DNA from: Clostridia bacterium
GTDB taxonomy: Bacteria > Bacillota > Clostridia > TANB77 > CAG-508
Reading direction: 5' to 3'
Assembly: GCA_045643465.1 (NCBI GenBank)
Contig: JAZUKV010000021.1
Location: 89,701 to 153,700 of the forward strand
Length of the DNA: 64,000 nucleotides
Shown: in pieces, positions 55,694-64,000 of the stretch
Layout: each line of letters starts with the position of its first letter
Numbering within the stretch: position 1 is the stretch's first letter
Program-made: the position numbers and the translations under genes
The notes under the pieces: generated by a model
The model's input: the letters and a program-made list of their open reading frames with translations, nothing else
Databases searched by the model: none
Told to the model about the DNA's origin: nothing

Positions 55694-57586
55694 ATGAAAA
55701 AAATTAAATGGGGTAATATTAAATTTTATATAAATAAAATAGTAAATTCAGAACTTTTTATTATTTTCACAGCAATAGCTCTTTTTATAAAGATGTTTTT
55801 CTTTTATGAGAGCACTATTTATTTTGGAGATACATTAAATAGAGAAATAATGGAAAAAACTTTTATTTTTTCTATGTTTATAGTTACATTTTTATTTATA
55901 TTTAAAAATAAAGCAAGATTTATATTAACATATATAATAAATATTATATTTAGTATAATAATGTTTGCTGATAATTTATATTATAATTATTCAACAAGTT
56001 TTTTATCAGTATCGCAAATAAGCAATTTGCAATATTCTGAAGAAATATCAACAGCTATAAAAGACTTATTTTCAGCGATGCAACTTTTATATTTTTTAGA
56101 TATAATTTTGATTTTAATTTTATTAATATGTAGATATATAAAAATAGAAAAGATAAAAGAAAAAAGATGGAAGCCAGCTTTGCTGTATATATCATTAATG
56201 ACAATAATATATAGCTCAACAATTCATCAATATGTTGATGCAGCGAGTGCTTTTACATATAATAAAAAGTTACAGTTAGAGGCAGGAACATTATACACAT
56301 TTCACTATTTAGATGTAAAAACAAATATTAATTTAAAAAAGAATGCAAAATATGCAACTAATAGTGATGTAATGGAAGCATATAATGATTTAAAGAATAT
56401 TTATAATGAAAAATATGAAGAAGATATATATAATTTTGGAGGTATAGCACAAGGCAAAAATGTAATAGCTCTTCAATTAGAGTCTTTTCAAGATTTTTTA
56501 TTATTTAAATCTATAAATGGGAAAGAAATAACACCGAATTTAAATAAATTTATGAAAGAAAATGTGCAAATCGACAATTTAATTATTCAAAGTTATTCAA
56601 CAACTGCAGATTCTGAGCATTCTGCATTATCATCTTTGTATCCACTAGATAATGGAATGGCTTTTGCTCAATATAGTGGAAATAAATATGATGATTTTTT
56701 TGGAGAATTTCATGATGCAGGATATTACACAATGTATATGCATGGGAATGTAGGAACATTTTGGAATAGAAATAATGTATATGGATCAATGGATATTGAT
56801 GAATTAGATTTTATTGATAGTTTTGATGAGAATAGTCAATTAATTAATGATTGGATTTCAGATGAATCATTATATATACAAGCTGCTGAGAAAATAAACA
56901 ATGTAGGGGCACCGTTTTTTGTTAATATAATAGCAGCATCATCACATAATGCATTTGATTTGCCAGGATTAGAAAACAAATATGATTACGTTGATATAGA
57001 TGTTGGAAAATACAAAGAGACATATTTTGGTAATTATTTAGAAGCAATTAATTATTCCGATAGAGCATTTGGAATTTTCATAGATAAATTGAAAGAATCA
57101 GGGCTATATGATAATACAGTTATTATGGTATATGGAGATCATTATGGAATGCAAATGTACAATTCAGAAATGCTTGAGTTTATTGAAGAAGCGGATCATA
57201 AATATGATATGGTTGAAACTGAAATAAACTATGTTAATACTGCATGTGGAATTCACATTCCTGGGGTAGAGCATATTGAAATAACAAAACCAATAAGCAA
57301 ATTAGATATAAAACCAACTCTATGCTATTTAACAGGAGTAACTGATGGAGTTTCACTAGGTAGTAATATGTTTGGAAATAAAGATTTTGCATGTTTAAAT
57401 AATGGCATAATAATAGCAGAGGATTATTATTACAATGGAGTATGGTATAATAAATCTAATGGGGAGAAAGTTAATTTAGAGCAAATAGATGATGAAACAA
57501 AATATCTACTTAAATTTTATGAAGATTCAATGGATAAAGAGCTTTCAATATCACTTTCAATTGTTTTAAATAATTTACTGAAATAA
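55694..57586 (+). CDS. LTA-synthase-family sulfatase-domain protein (phosphoglycerol transferase-like)
   Basis: Five N-terminal TM helices plus an extracellular sulfatase fold (LQLESFQ, STTADSEH, YGDHYG). Confidence 0.8.
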   Translation: MKKIKWGNIKFYINKIVNSELFIIFTAIALFIKMFFFYESTIYFGDTLNREIMEKTFIFSMFIVTFLFIFKNKARFILTYIINIIFSIIMFADNLYYNYSTSFLSVSQISNLQYSEEISTAIKDLFSAMQLLYFLDIILILILLICRYIKIEKIKEKRWKPALLYISLMTIIYSSTIHQYVDAASAFTYNKKLQLEAGTLYTFHYLDVKTNINLKKNAKYATNSDVMEAYNDLKNIYNEKYEEDIYNFGGIAQGKNVIALQLESFQDFLLFKSINGKEITPNLNKFMKENVQIDNLIIQSYSTTADSEHSALSSLYPLDNGMAFAQYSGNKYDDFFGEFHDAGYYTMYMHGNVGTFWNRNNVYGSMDIDELDFIDSFDENSQLINDWISDESLYIQAAEKINNVGAPFFVNIIAASSHNAFDLPGLENKYDYVDIDVGKYKETYFGNYLEAINYSDRAFGIFIDKLKESGLYDNTVIMVYGDHYGMQMYNSEMLEFIEEADHKYDMVETEINYVNTACGIHIPGVEHIEITKPISKLDIKPTLCYLTGVTDGVSLGSNMFGNKDFACLNNGIIIAEDYYYNGVWYNKSNGEKVNLEQIDDETKYLLKFYEDSMDKELSISLSIVLNNLLK

Positions 57587-57622
57587 AATGTTCAAAAGAA
57601 AAATAATTTGGAGGAAATTTTA

Positions 57623-58624
57623 ATGGAAAATAATCAAATTATGAATCCAGAAATAGAAGATTCTATTGAAGAAAATCTTGAAACTTCTATAAGACCAAAA
57701 ATGCTAGAAGAATATATAGGTCAAACAAAAGTAAAAGAAAATATGAAGATATATATAGAAGCAGCAAAGAGAAGAGGAGATCCTCTTGATCATGTTTTAT
57801 TATATGGACCACCAGGACTTGGGAAAACTACACTTGCAAATATTATAGCAAATGAGATGAATTCAAATATAAAAGTAACATCTGGACCTGCAATAGAAAA
57901 AGCTGGAGATTTAGCTGCATTACTCACAAATTTAAAAGAAAATGATGTTGTTTTTATAGATGAAATACATAGATTAAATAAAAGTGTTGAAGAAATATTA
58001 TATCCTGCTTTAGAAGATTTTACTTTAGATATAGTAATTGGAAAAGGACCTACTTCTAGATCTATTAGAATTGATTTACCAAAATTCACATTAATAGGAG
58101 CTACTACAAAAGCAGGTTCATTATCTACTCCTTTAAGGGATAGATTTGGTATTGTAAATAGATTAGAGCTTTATGATACAGCACAACTTAAATTGATAGT
58201 GAAGAGAACAGCTAAAATTTTAAATGTTGAAATAGATGATAAATCAGCAGAAGAAATCGCAAGAAGATCTAGAGGAACACCTAGAATTGCGAATAGATTA
58301 TTAAAAAGAGTAAGAGATTATGCTATAGTTTTTTCAGATAATAATATTGATTTAAAACTAACAAAAATTGCTTTAAATAGATTGGAAATTGATGAAATAG
58401 GCCTTGATGATATAGATAGAAAAATATTAGAAACTATGATAGAAAAATATGGAGGAAGACCAGTTGGAATAGAAACGTTAGCGACAACAATTGGTGAAGA
58501 GGTTGATACATTAGAAGATGTATATGAACCATATTTGATACAAATAGGATTTATATCAAGGACTGTAAGAGGAAGAATACCATTACCAGCAGCATATGCT
58601 CATATGGGATATGAGATGAAATAA
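57623..58624 (+). CDS. ruvB: Holliday junction DNA helicase RuvB
   Basis: [28 protein letters not shown] and [16 protein letters not shown]. Confidence 0.96.
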   Translation: MENNQIMNPEIEDSIEENLETSIRPKMLEEYIGQTKVKENMKIYIEAAKRRGDPLDHVLLYGPPGLGKTTLANIIANEMNSNIKVTSGPAIEKAGDLAALLTNLKENDVVFIDEIHRLNKSVEEILYPALEDFTLDIVIGKGPTSRSIRIDLPKFTLIGATTKAGSLSTPLRDRFGIVNRLELYDTAQLKLIVKRTAKILNVEIDDKSAEEIARRSRGTPRIANRLLKRVRDYAIVFSDNNIDLKLTKIALNRLEIDEIGLDDIDRKILETMIEKYGGRPVGIETLATTIGEEVDTLEDVYEPYLIQIGFISRTVRGRIPLPAAYAHMGYEMK

Positions 58625-58646
58625 TAATGAAAGGATTGATTAAAAC

Positions 58647-60215
58647 ATGAAAAAATCAAGAAAAATAATATTTTGGTGTGGAATAATTTTAACATTGATA
58701 ACTGTAATTTTTTCAAAACCATTATCAAATTTAGATGAACTATGGAATTTTAATTTTGCAAGATGTATTGCTAATGGCCTAGTTCCATATAAAGATATAA
58801 GTATGATAATAACACCATTATCAAGTTTTTTATTGGCAATACCATTAAAAATATTTGGATCAGAGCTATTTATATCAAGAATTATGGCTGTAATTTTATC
58901 TACACTAGTTTTAATTTTTGTGTATAAATCTTTTAGAAAAAGTAGTGCAAATGAAAGTATATCATACATGATAACATTAATATTTGAGATTTTATTGTTA
59001 AATGTATTTTGCTATGACTATAATTTCCTAATTTTACTATTAGCATTGTTTATAATTATTTTAGAGCTAAAAATGGATGAAGTAAAAGACCCTAAAAAAA
59101 GAATTTTTTTCAATATACTAATTGGTTTAATTGGTGGTTTTGCAATATGTACAAAGCAAACAATAGGATTAATTTTATGTTTTATCATATTAGTAAATAA
59201 ATGTTTCTTTATTAAAGAAAAGAAAGATATTAAGCCAATCTTAAAAGATATATTATTTAGATTTATAGGTATACTTATGCCAGTTGCTGCATTAGCTATA
59301 TATTTGCTAGCTAATAATGCTTTTTCAGATTTTATGAATTATTGTGTAAAAGGAATAAAGGATTTTTCAAATAAAATATCATATTTTGATTTATTAAAAT
59401 GCAAAAATTTAATTTATATAATATTAGCAATATTAGTACCAGTAATATTATTAGCAGGTGTAGGATTAAATGTTTTCAAAAAAATTAAAAATAAAGTAGA
59501 TTATAAATTATATATATTAACAATATATGCATTAGCAGTATTTGTTATGGTATATCCAATTGCAGATTATGCACATTTTTTAACAGCAATTATTCCTGCA
59601 ATCATATTAGGAACATATATAATGTTATTAGTAAAAAGAAAATATATTAAGTTTAATTGTTCAATTATAAATGAGATTTTTAAAGTGGTAACAATTTTAT
59701 TAATTATAGGTTCAACTTTATATATTGAGTATTCTAATTATCAAGCACTTAGTGAATTAAGTAAATATAGATCAAATAATCATTTCAAATTTATAACAAC
59801 ATCAAATACTTTAAAAGCTGATATAGATGCTGTGGATAATTTTATTAAAAATTCTGATGTTAATGTATATATTATTGATGCAGAAGCTGCAGTATATATG
59901 ATTCCTGCAGATAAGTATAATAAAAATTATGATATGTTTTTATTAGGTAATATAGGATTTGATGGAGAAACAAAAACAATTGAAAAGATTAAAAACGAAG
60001 AAGCTTTATATCTAATTAAAGAAAATGATGAAAATTTAAATTGGCAATTAGTTAATAATGTTAGAGCATATATAAAAGAAAACTTAACAAAAGAAAATAC
60101 AGTAGGGCAATATTCTGTGTATAGAGGAAAAATTCAAAATCCTCCAGTAACAGAAAATGCGGAAAATACTGAGAATAATGAAAATGTAGAGCAAATTACA
60201 GAAAATAATCAGTAA
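58647..60215 (+). CDS. Polytopic GT-C-type glycosyltransferase-like membrane protein (ArnT/PMT-like)
   Basis: At least 10 predicted TM helices, then a soluble C-terminal domain and an E/N-rich tail. The family assignment rests on topology only. Confidence 0.5.
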   Translation: MKKSRKIIFWCGIILTLITVIFSKPLSNLDELWNFNFARCIANGLVPYKDISMIITPLSSFLLAIPLKIFGSELFISRIMAVILSTLVLIFVYKSFRKSSANESISYMITLIFEILLLNVFCYDYNFLILLLALFIIILELKMDEVKDPKKRIFFNILIGLIGGFAICTKQTIGLILCFIILVNKCFFIKEKKDIKPILKDILFRFIGILMPVAALAIYLLANNAFSDFMNYCVKGIKDFSNKISYFDLLKCKNLIYIILAILVPVILLAGVGLNVFKKIKNKVDYKLYILTIYALAVFVMVYPIADYAHFLTAIIPAIILGTYIMLLVKRKYIKFNCSIINEIFKVVTILLIIGSTLYIEYSNYQALSELSKYRSNNHFKFITTSNTLKADIDAVDNFIKNSDVNVYIIDAEAAVYMIPADKYNKNYDMFLLGNIGFDGETKTIEKIKNEEALYLIKENDENLNWQLVNNVRAYIKENLTKENTVGQYSVYRGKIQNPPVTENAENTENNENVEQITENNQ

Positions 60216-60241
60216 AATATGAAGTTTAAGAGGAGATTTTT

Positions 60242-60799
60242 ATGAAATTATTAATGCATACATGTTGTGCACCTTGTAGTGTATATTGCATAGATGAATT
60301 AAGAAGTGAAGGAATTGAGCCAACTATATATTGGTTTAATCCTAATATTCATCTATACATGGAGTATAAAGCAAGAAGGGATTGTTTAAAAGATTATACT
60401 GAAAGTATAAATGTAGCAGCAATATTTGAAGAAAATTACGGATTAGATGAATTTTGCAAAAATGTTATTAGTGATTTAGAAAATAGATGTTCAAATTATT
60501 GCTATAAAGTTCGAATGGAACAAACTGCAAAATATGCTAAGGAAAATGGATATGATACTATAACTACAACTCTTTTAGTTAGTCCATATCAAAAACATGA
60601 AGAGCTTAAAACAATTTGTGAAGAGATAGCCAAAAGGTATGGGTTAACTTTTTTATACAGAGATTTTAGAATTGGATTTAGAGCAGGACAGGCTAAAGCA
60701 AGAGAGCTAGGTTTATATATGCAAAAATATTGTGGTTGTGTATTTTCTGAGGAGGAACGATATCAAAAACAAATAAAGCAAGATAAAGAATATAAATAA
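60242..60799 (+). CDS. queH: Epoxyqueuosine reductase QueH (DUF208)
   Basis: LLMHTCCAPCS N-terminus, LVSPYQ, and YCGCVFSE. Confidence 0.88.
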   Translation: MKLLMHTCCAPCSVYCIDELRSEGIEPTIYWFNPNIHLYMEYKARRDCLKDYTESINVAAIFEENYGLDEFCKNVISDLENRCSNYCYKVRMEQTAKYAKENGYDTITTTLLVSPYQKHEELKTICEEIAKRYGLTFLYRDFRIGFRAGQAKARELGLYMQKYCGCVFSEEERYQKQIKQDKEYK

Positions 60800-60803
60800 T
60801 ATT

Positions 60804-60843
60804 AAAAGTGCCTTATATAATAAATATATAAGGTGCTTTTTTT
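60804..60843 (+). terminator. Intrinsic terminator after queH
   Basis: agtgccttatata / tatataaggtgct stem followed by T7. Confidence 0.7.
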
Positions 60844-60971
60844 GTCGAAAAAAAGTGGCATGAAAAATAAAAAAAATATTTACAATTAAAGAGCAATATA
60901 ATAGAATAGCAAAGTATATTTAACATTTTGATAAATGAATAAAAGTACAACAGAATTAAGGAGGAAGAAAG

Positions 60972-61964
60972 ATGAAGACTTTCGCTAAAAAAGCAATAGC
61001 ATGTGTATTGCTAGCTAGCATGTTACTAGTGATGTTGCAAAGTATTTCCTTTGCAAAAAGTGAAAAAGTACAAATGATAAAAAAAGGAGAAAATGAATAC
61101 ATATTATATGTAGCAGATTTGTTGAACACAGAATTTGAATTCGCATTTTCAAACAATTCAAACGAAGATAAGGCAAATTTAAAATTTCAAAATTCAGCAA
61201 AAGATTCTTTAGATATTGGAAATAATATAGCTTATGTTGATAATGCTTTATATGAAGAATATTTTAAGAATAAAGAAAATACATATTTATGGATTAAGGA
61301 TGAATCTGATTATCAATTAGAAGCAAAAAAAATAGATTTATCAGATTCTTTAACAGAAGATGAAGTAAAAAAATGTAATAATATAACAAAAACTATAAAT
61401 GCTAAGGTAGGAGAAAAAGAGCTACCACAAGAAAATGTAGATGGAGTAAAAATTACTAGAAGAATTAATACGCTAATAATTGAAGATAGTAAATTAAAAA
61501 ATCTTCAATATAGTATAGTAAAAAGTAAGCCTGATACAGATTTTGCTAAGTTGATAGAATTAGCGAATAAATTGAATGAGCTAAAAGATGACAATATGCT
61601 TAATAAAATATCAACATATAAGCAATTTTATAGTATGTATGAAAAATTAATGCCAACTACTTGGATGAATGTTGAAAATAGTACTATATTACAACCAAAT
61701 GATTCTAAGGAGAATGATCAATATGTTGTTTTCCTAAAAGCACAAGATGAAAATGGAAAAACAATTACAGATTTACAAATATTAACATGTACTAATGCAT
61801 ATAGTGCAGAATTTGAAAATCAAAAAATAGTGAAAAAAGAAGTATCAAAAATGCCTGTAACAGGTGATAGCTATATATTAATAATAATAGCAGGGATATT
61901 AGTTTTACTAATAGCTATTTTTGGTATACTTAAAATTAAAAACAAAAAAACTATGGGTAAATAG
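60972..61964 (+). CDS. Secreted cell-wall-sorted protein with MPVTG sorting signal
   Basis: Signal peptide, then a C-terminal MPVTG (61851-61865), a hydrophobic helix and a KIKNKKTMGK tail. Confidence 0.6.
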   Translation: MKTFAKKAIACVLLASMLLVMLQSISFAKSEKVQMIKKGENEYILYVADLLNTEFEFAFSNNSNEDKANLKFQNSAKDSLDIGNNIAYVDNALYEEYFKNKENTYLWIKDESDYQLEAKKIDLSDSLTEDEVKKCNNITKTINAKVGEKELPQENVDGVKITRRINTLIIEDSKLKNLQYSIVKSKPDTDFAKLIELANKLNELKDDNMLNKISTYKQFYSMYEKLMPTTWMNVENSTILQPNDSKENDQYVVFLKAQDENGKTITDLQILTCTNAYSAEFENQKIVKKEVSKMPVTGDSYILIIIAGILVLLIAIFGILKIKNKKTMGK

Positions 61965-61965
61965 T

Positions 61966-62562
61966 ATGAAAAATAAGATATATAATAGGATACTTATATT
62001 TTTAGTTATTGCATTAGTAATTGTTGGAATATTGATAGCTTTAAAATATTTTAGAAACCAACAAAAGGATGAAGAGCTAAAAAGTGTAGTGCAAGATTTT
62101 AAAAATCAAATAAAAGAGCTAAATTCAAATAGTGAAGATGAACTAAAAAAAGTAGATTTGACATATAAAGGTTATAACGTAGTAGGAATTATAGAAATAC
62201 CGAAATTGAATTTACAGTATCCTATAATAGACCATACGGATGAATCTGCGATGAAAGTTTCAATAACGAAATTTTGGGGAAATAATGTTAATGATATAGG
62301 AAATTTTTCAATGGCAGGACACAATAATTTAGACGGAACTATGTTTGGTGGAACTAAAAATCTTGAAGTTGGAGATATAATTAAGATGACTGATTTATCA
62401 GGTCATACAATAGATTATAAAATATTTGATAAATATATAATAGATCCAAATGATGTTGAATGTGTAAAAAGTATTCAAGGAGATACTCGAGAAATTACAA
62501 CAATAACTTGCAAAAATGGAAGAAGTAATAGGCTTGTTTTAAAAGCAAGAGAGGTAATTTAA
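61966..62562 (+). CDS. Sortase (class not determined)
   Basis: N-terminal TM anchor, conserved His (FSMAGHN), TITCKNG catalytic Cys, and downstream Arg (NRLVLKA). Confidence 0.8.
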   Translation: MKNKIYNRILIFLVIALVIVGILIALKYFRNQQKDEELKSVVQDFKNQIKELNSNSEDELKKVDLTYKGYNVVGIIEIPKLNLQYPIIDHTDESAMKVSITKFWGNNVNDIGNFSMAGHNNLDGTMFGGTKNLEVGDIIKMTDLSGHTIDYKIFDKYIIDPNDVECVKSIQGDTREITTITCKNGRSNRLVLKAREVI

Positions 62563-62584
62563 TTTTCAAAAGAGGGGGAGAACA

Positions 62585-64000
62585 ATGAAAGAAAAACTCA
62601 GCTATAAAAGCAAGAGAAATATTATAATTGCTGCAATTTGTGTCGTATTAGTAGCAATTATTTCAATAGGTACATATTTTTATGTTAAAAGTGATAATGT
62701 TGCATCTGCTCAAGAGAATAATAAATTGGGTTCAGCCCAAACTGCATATGCAAATAACCAAGAAAATAATCAGATTGTAAATGGTGAAAATAATCAAATA
62801 CAAAATCAATCAGGCGAAAACAATAATGTAAATAATGGTGAAGTTAATAATAATGGAACTATAACAAATAATAACGGAACAGTTAATAATGGGACTGCAA
62901 ATAATAATGGTATTGTAAATAATAATGGAACAACAGTACAAGGAACAAATAACAACAATAATAATGGTGCAGTTGCAATAAATAACGGAAATAATAATAA
63001 TCAAAATGATACAGGAACAACAACTCAAACAACAGGTAATGTTCCAAACCAAGATTATGTTAGTGAAACAGTAGAAGAGCAAGAAGTATTAGTAAGTGAA
63101 GATTTTGATTTGGGTTGGAAATTATTAGATGTTAATGCATCAATACCAACAGATAATCTTTTTATTATACGTCCAATTTTTGAAACCAAAAAGACTACTA
63201 ATAAAACAGCAGTTGTATCAGGAGAAAAATTAGAATATACAATCACAGTAAGTAATATAGGAAATATAAATGGAAAAACAAAAGTAAGGGATGACATACC
63301 AGAGGGGACAACATTTGTAGAAGGAAGTATAAAAGTAAATGGAAATGTAGTTGAAAATACAGCAGAAAGTTTAAAAGAAGGAATTGAAGTTGAAGTAAAT
63401 GCTGGTAAAGAAGCTACAGTAAGTTTTGAAGTAACAGTAAATGAAGATGCAAAAGGAACAATAAAAAATAAAGCAACAGTAGATGGAAAAGAAACAGAAG
63501 AAACAAAAAATCCAGTAATAACATTTACAAAGAAAGCAGATAAAGAAACAGTAAAAGCAGGGGAAAACATTAAATATACAATAACTATAGAAAATACAGG
63601 AGATGTAGAAGGAAAAGCAATAGTAAAAGATGATGCCCCAGAAGGAACAACATTAGTAGAAGGAAGCTTAAAAGTAAATGAAAGCTCTAGCAAAGAAGAT
63701 ATAAAAGATGGAATTGAAATAGAAGTTCCAGCAAAAGGAAAAGTAGAAGTAAGCTTTGAAGTAGTTGCAGAAGATTTAGAAGATGGAGCAAAGATAGAAA
63801 ATACAGCAAAAGTAAATGAAAAAGAAACAAATAAAACAGAAACAACATATCAAGAAGCAATAATAACAGCTGAAAAGACATCAAATAAAACAGCAGTAGC
63901 AGCAGGAGAAGATTTAGAATATACAATAACAGTAAGTAATACAGGAAGTGCAAGCGGAAATACAATAGTAAAAGATGAAATCCCAGAAGGAACAACATTT
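62585..64000 (+). CDS. Large surface protein with Asn-rich linker and DUF11-type repeat domains (3' end outside window)
   Basis: Not in the ORF track because it is open-ended. ATG 62585 follows GAGGGGGAG. There is a TM/signal helix and an N-rich region. Repeated modules follow, such as TNKTAVVSGEKLEYTITVSNIGN...VRDDIPEGTTFVEGS, KADKETVKAGENIKYTITIENTGD...VKDDAPEGTTLVEGS and TSNKTAVAAGEDLEYTITVSNTGS...VKDEIPEGTTF. Confidence 0.7.
   Translation, partial: MKEKLSYKSKRNIIIAAICVVLVAIISIGTYFYVKSDNVASAQENNKLGSAQTAYANNQENNQIVNGENNQIQNQSGENNNVNNGEVNNNGTITNNNGTVNNGTANNNGIVNNNGTTVQGTNNNNNNGAVAINNGNNNNQNDTGTTTQTTGNVPNQDYVSETVEEQEVLVSEDFDLGWKLLDVNASIPTDNLFIIRPIFETKKTTNKTAVVSGEKLEYTITVSNIGNINGKTKVRDDIPEGTTFVEGSIKVNGNVVENTAESLKEGIEVEVNAGKEATVSFEVTVNEDAKGTIKNKATVDGKETEETKNPVITFTKKADKETVKAGENIKYTITIENTGDVEGKAIVKDDAPEGTTLVEGSLKVNESSSKEDIKDGIEIEVPAKGKVEVSFEVVAEDLEDGAKIENTAKVNEKETNKTETTYQEAIITAEKTSNKTAVAAGEDLEYTITVSNTGSASGNTIVKDEIPEGTTF

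Noticed and set aside
62810-63998. Minus-strand ORFs of 90, 212 and 103 aa near the 3' edge
   Set aside because: They are antisense to the open-ended DUF11-repeat surface-protein gene (62585 to beyond 64000), which has an SD, a signal/TM helix and recognisable repeat modules.

Overview
Very AT-rich chromosomal segment from a low-GC Firmicute, probably a Clostridia-like organism because it carries spo0A. All calls rest on motifs read from the translated ORFs and on manual inspection of intergenic DNA; no database search was possible. Most of the window is housekeeping: the 3' end of tuf, mutS2, trmL, rimP-nusA-ylxR-infB-rbfA-nrnA-truB, pth, RNase G, rimO, a Lon-like protease, rimI-tsaB-tsaE, guaD, groES-groEL, a two-component system, spo0A, ireB-ruvX-DUF1292, SecD/F-like proteins, lepA, rlmB, rpiA, ruvB and queH. 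It also holds a tagO/Alg14/Alg13/LtaS/GT-C envelope-glycopolymer cluster and a sortase surface-protein locus that runs off the 3' edge. I found no tRNA, rRNA or CRISPR array. The most unusual region is 36.3-42.1 kb, directly downstream of spo0A. It is a tightly packed four-gene block read into ireB-ruvX. The block encodes a small pilin-like membrane protein and two paralogous pseudo-receiver proteins. One of these is 1021 aa, with two AT-hooks, a polyacidic tract of about 360 aa built from three tandem-repeat families, and a lysine-less ParA/MinD-like domain. The fourth gene encodes a TM-GAF-like protein with a degenerate GGDEF domain. A phased TGTA motif array precedes the block. I cannot assign this combination to any described system. 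Other points of interest are listed here:
- a perfect palindrome of two 0A boxes upstream of spo0A
- a GC-rich composite palindromic element between rlu and lepA
- a decaying 2.4-kb islet bracketed by two copies of the same hairpin (IS200-like relic, frameshifted aldo/keto reductase, ABC-F fragment, attenuator-controlled Lys-less P-loop gene)
- a GroEL with a Cys-rich tail and no CIRCE operator
- two small ORFs that look compositionally foreign
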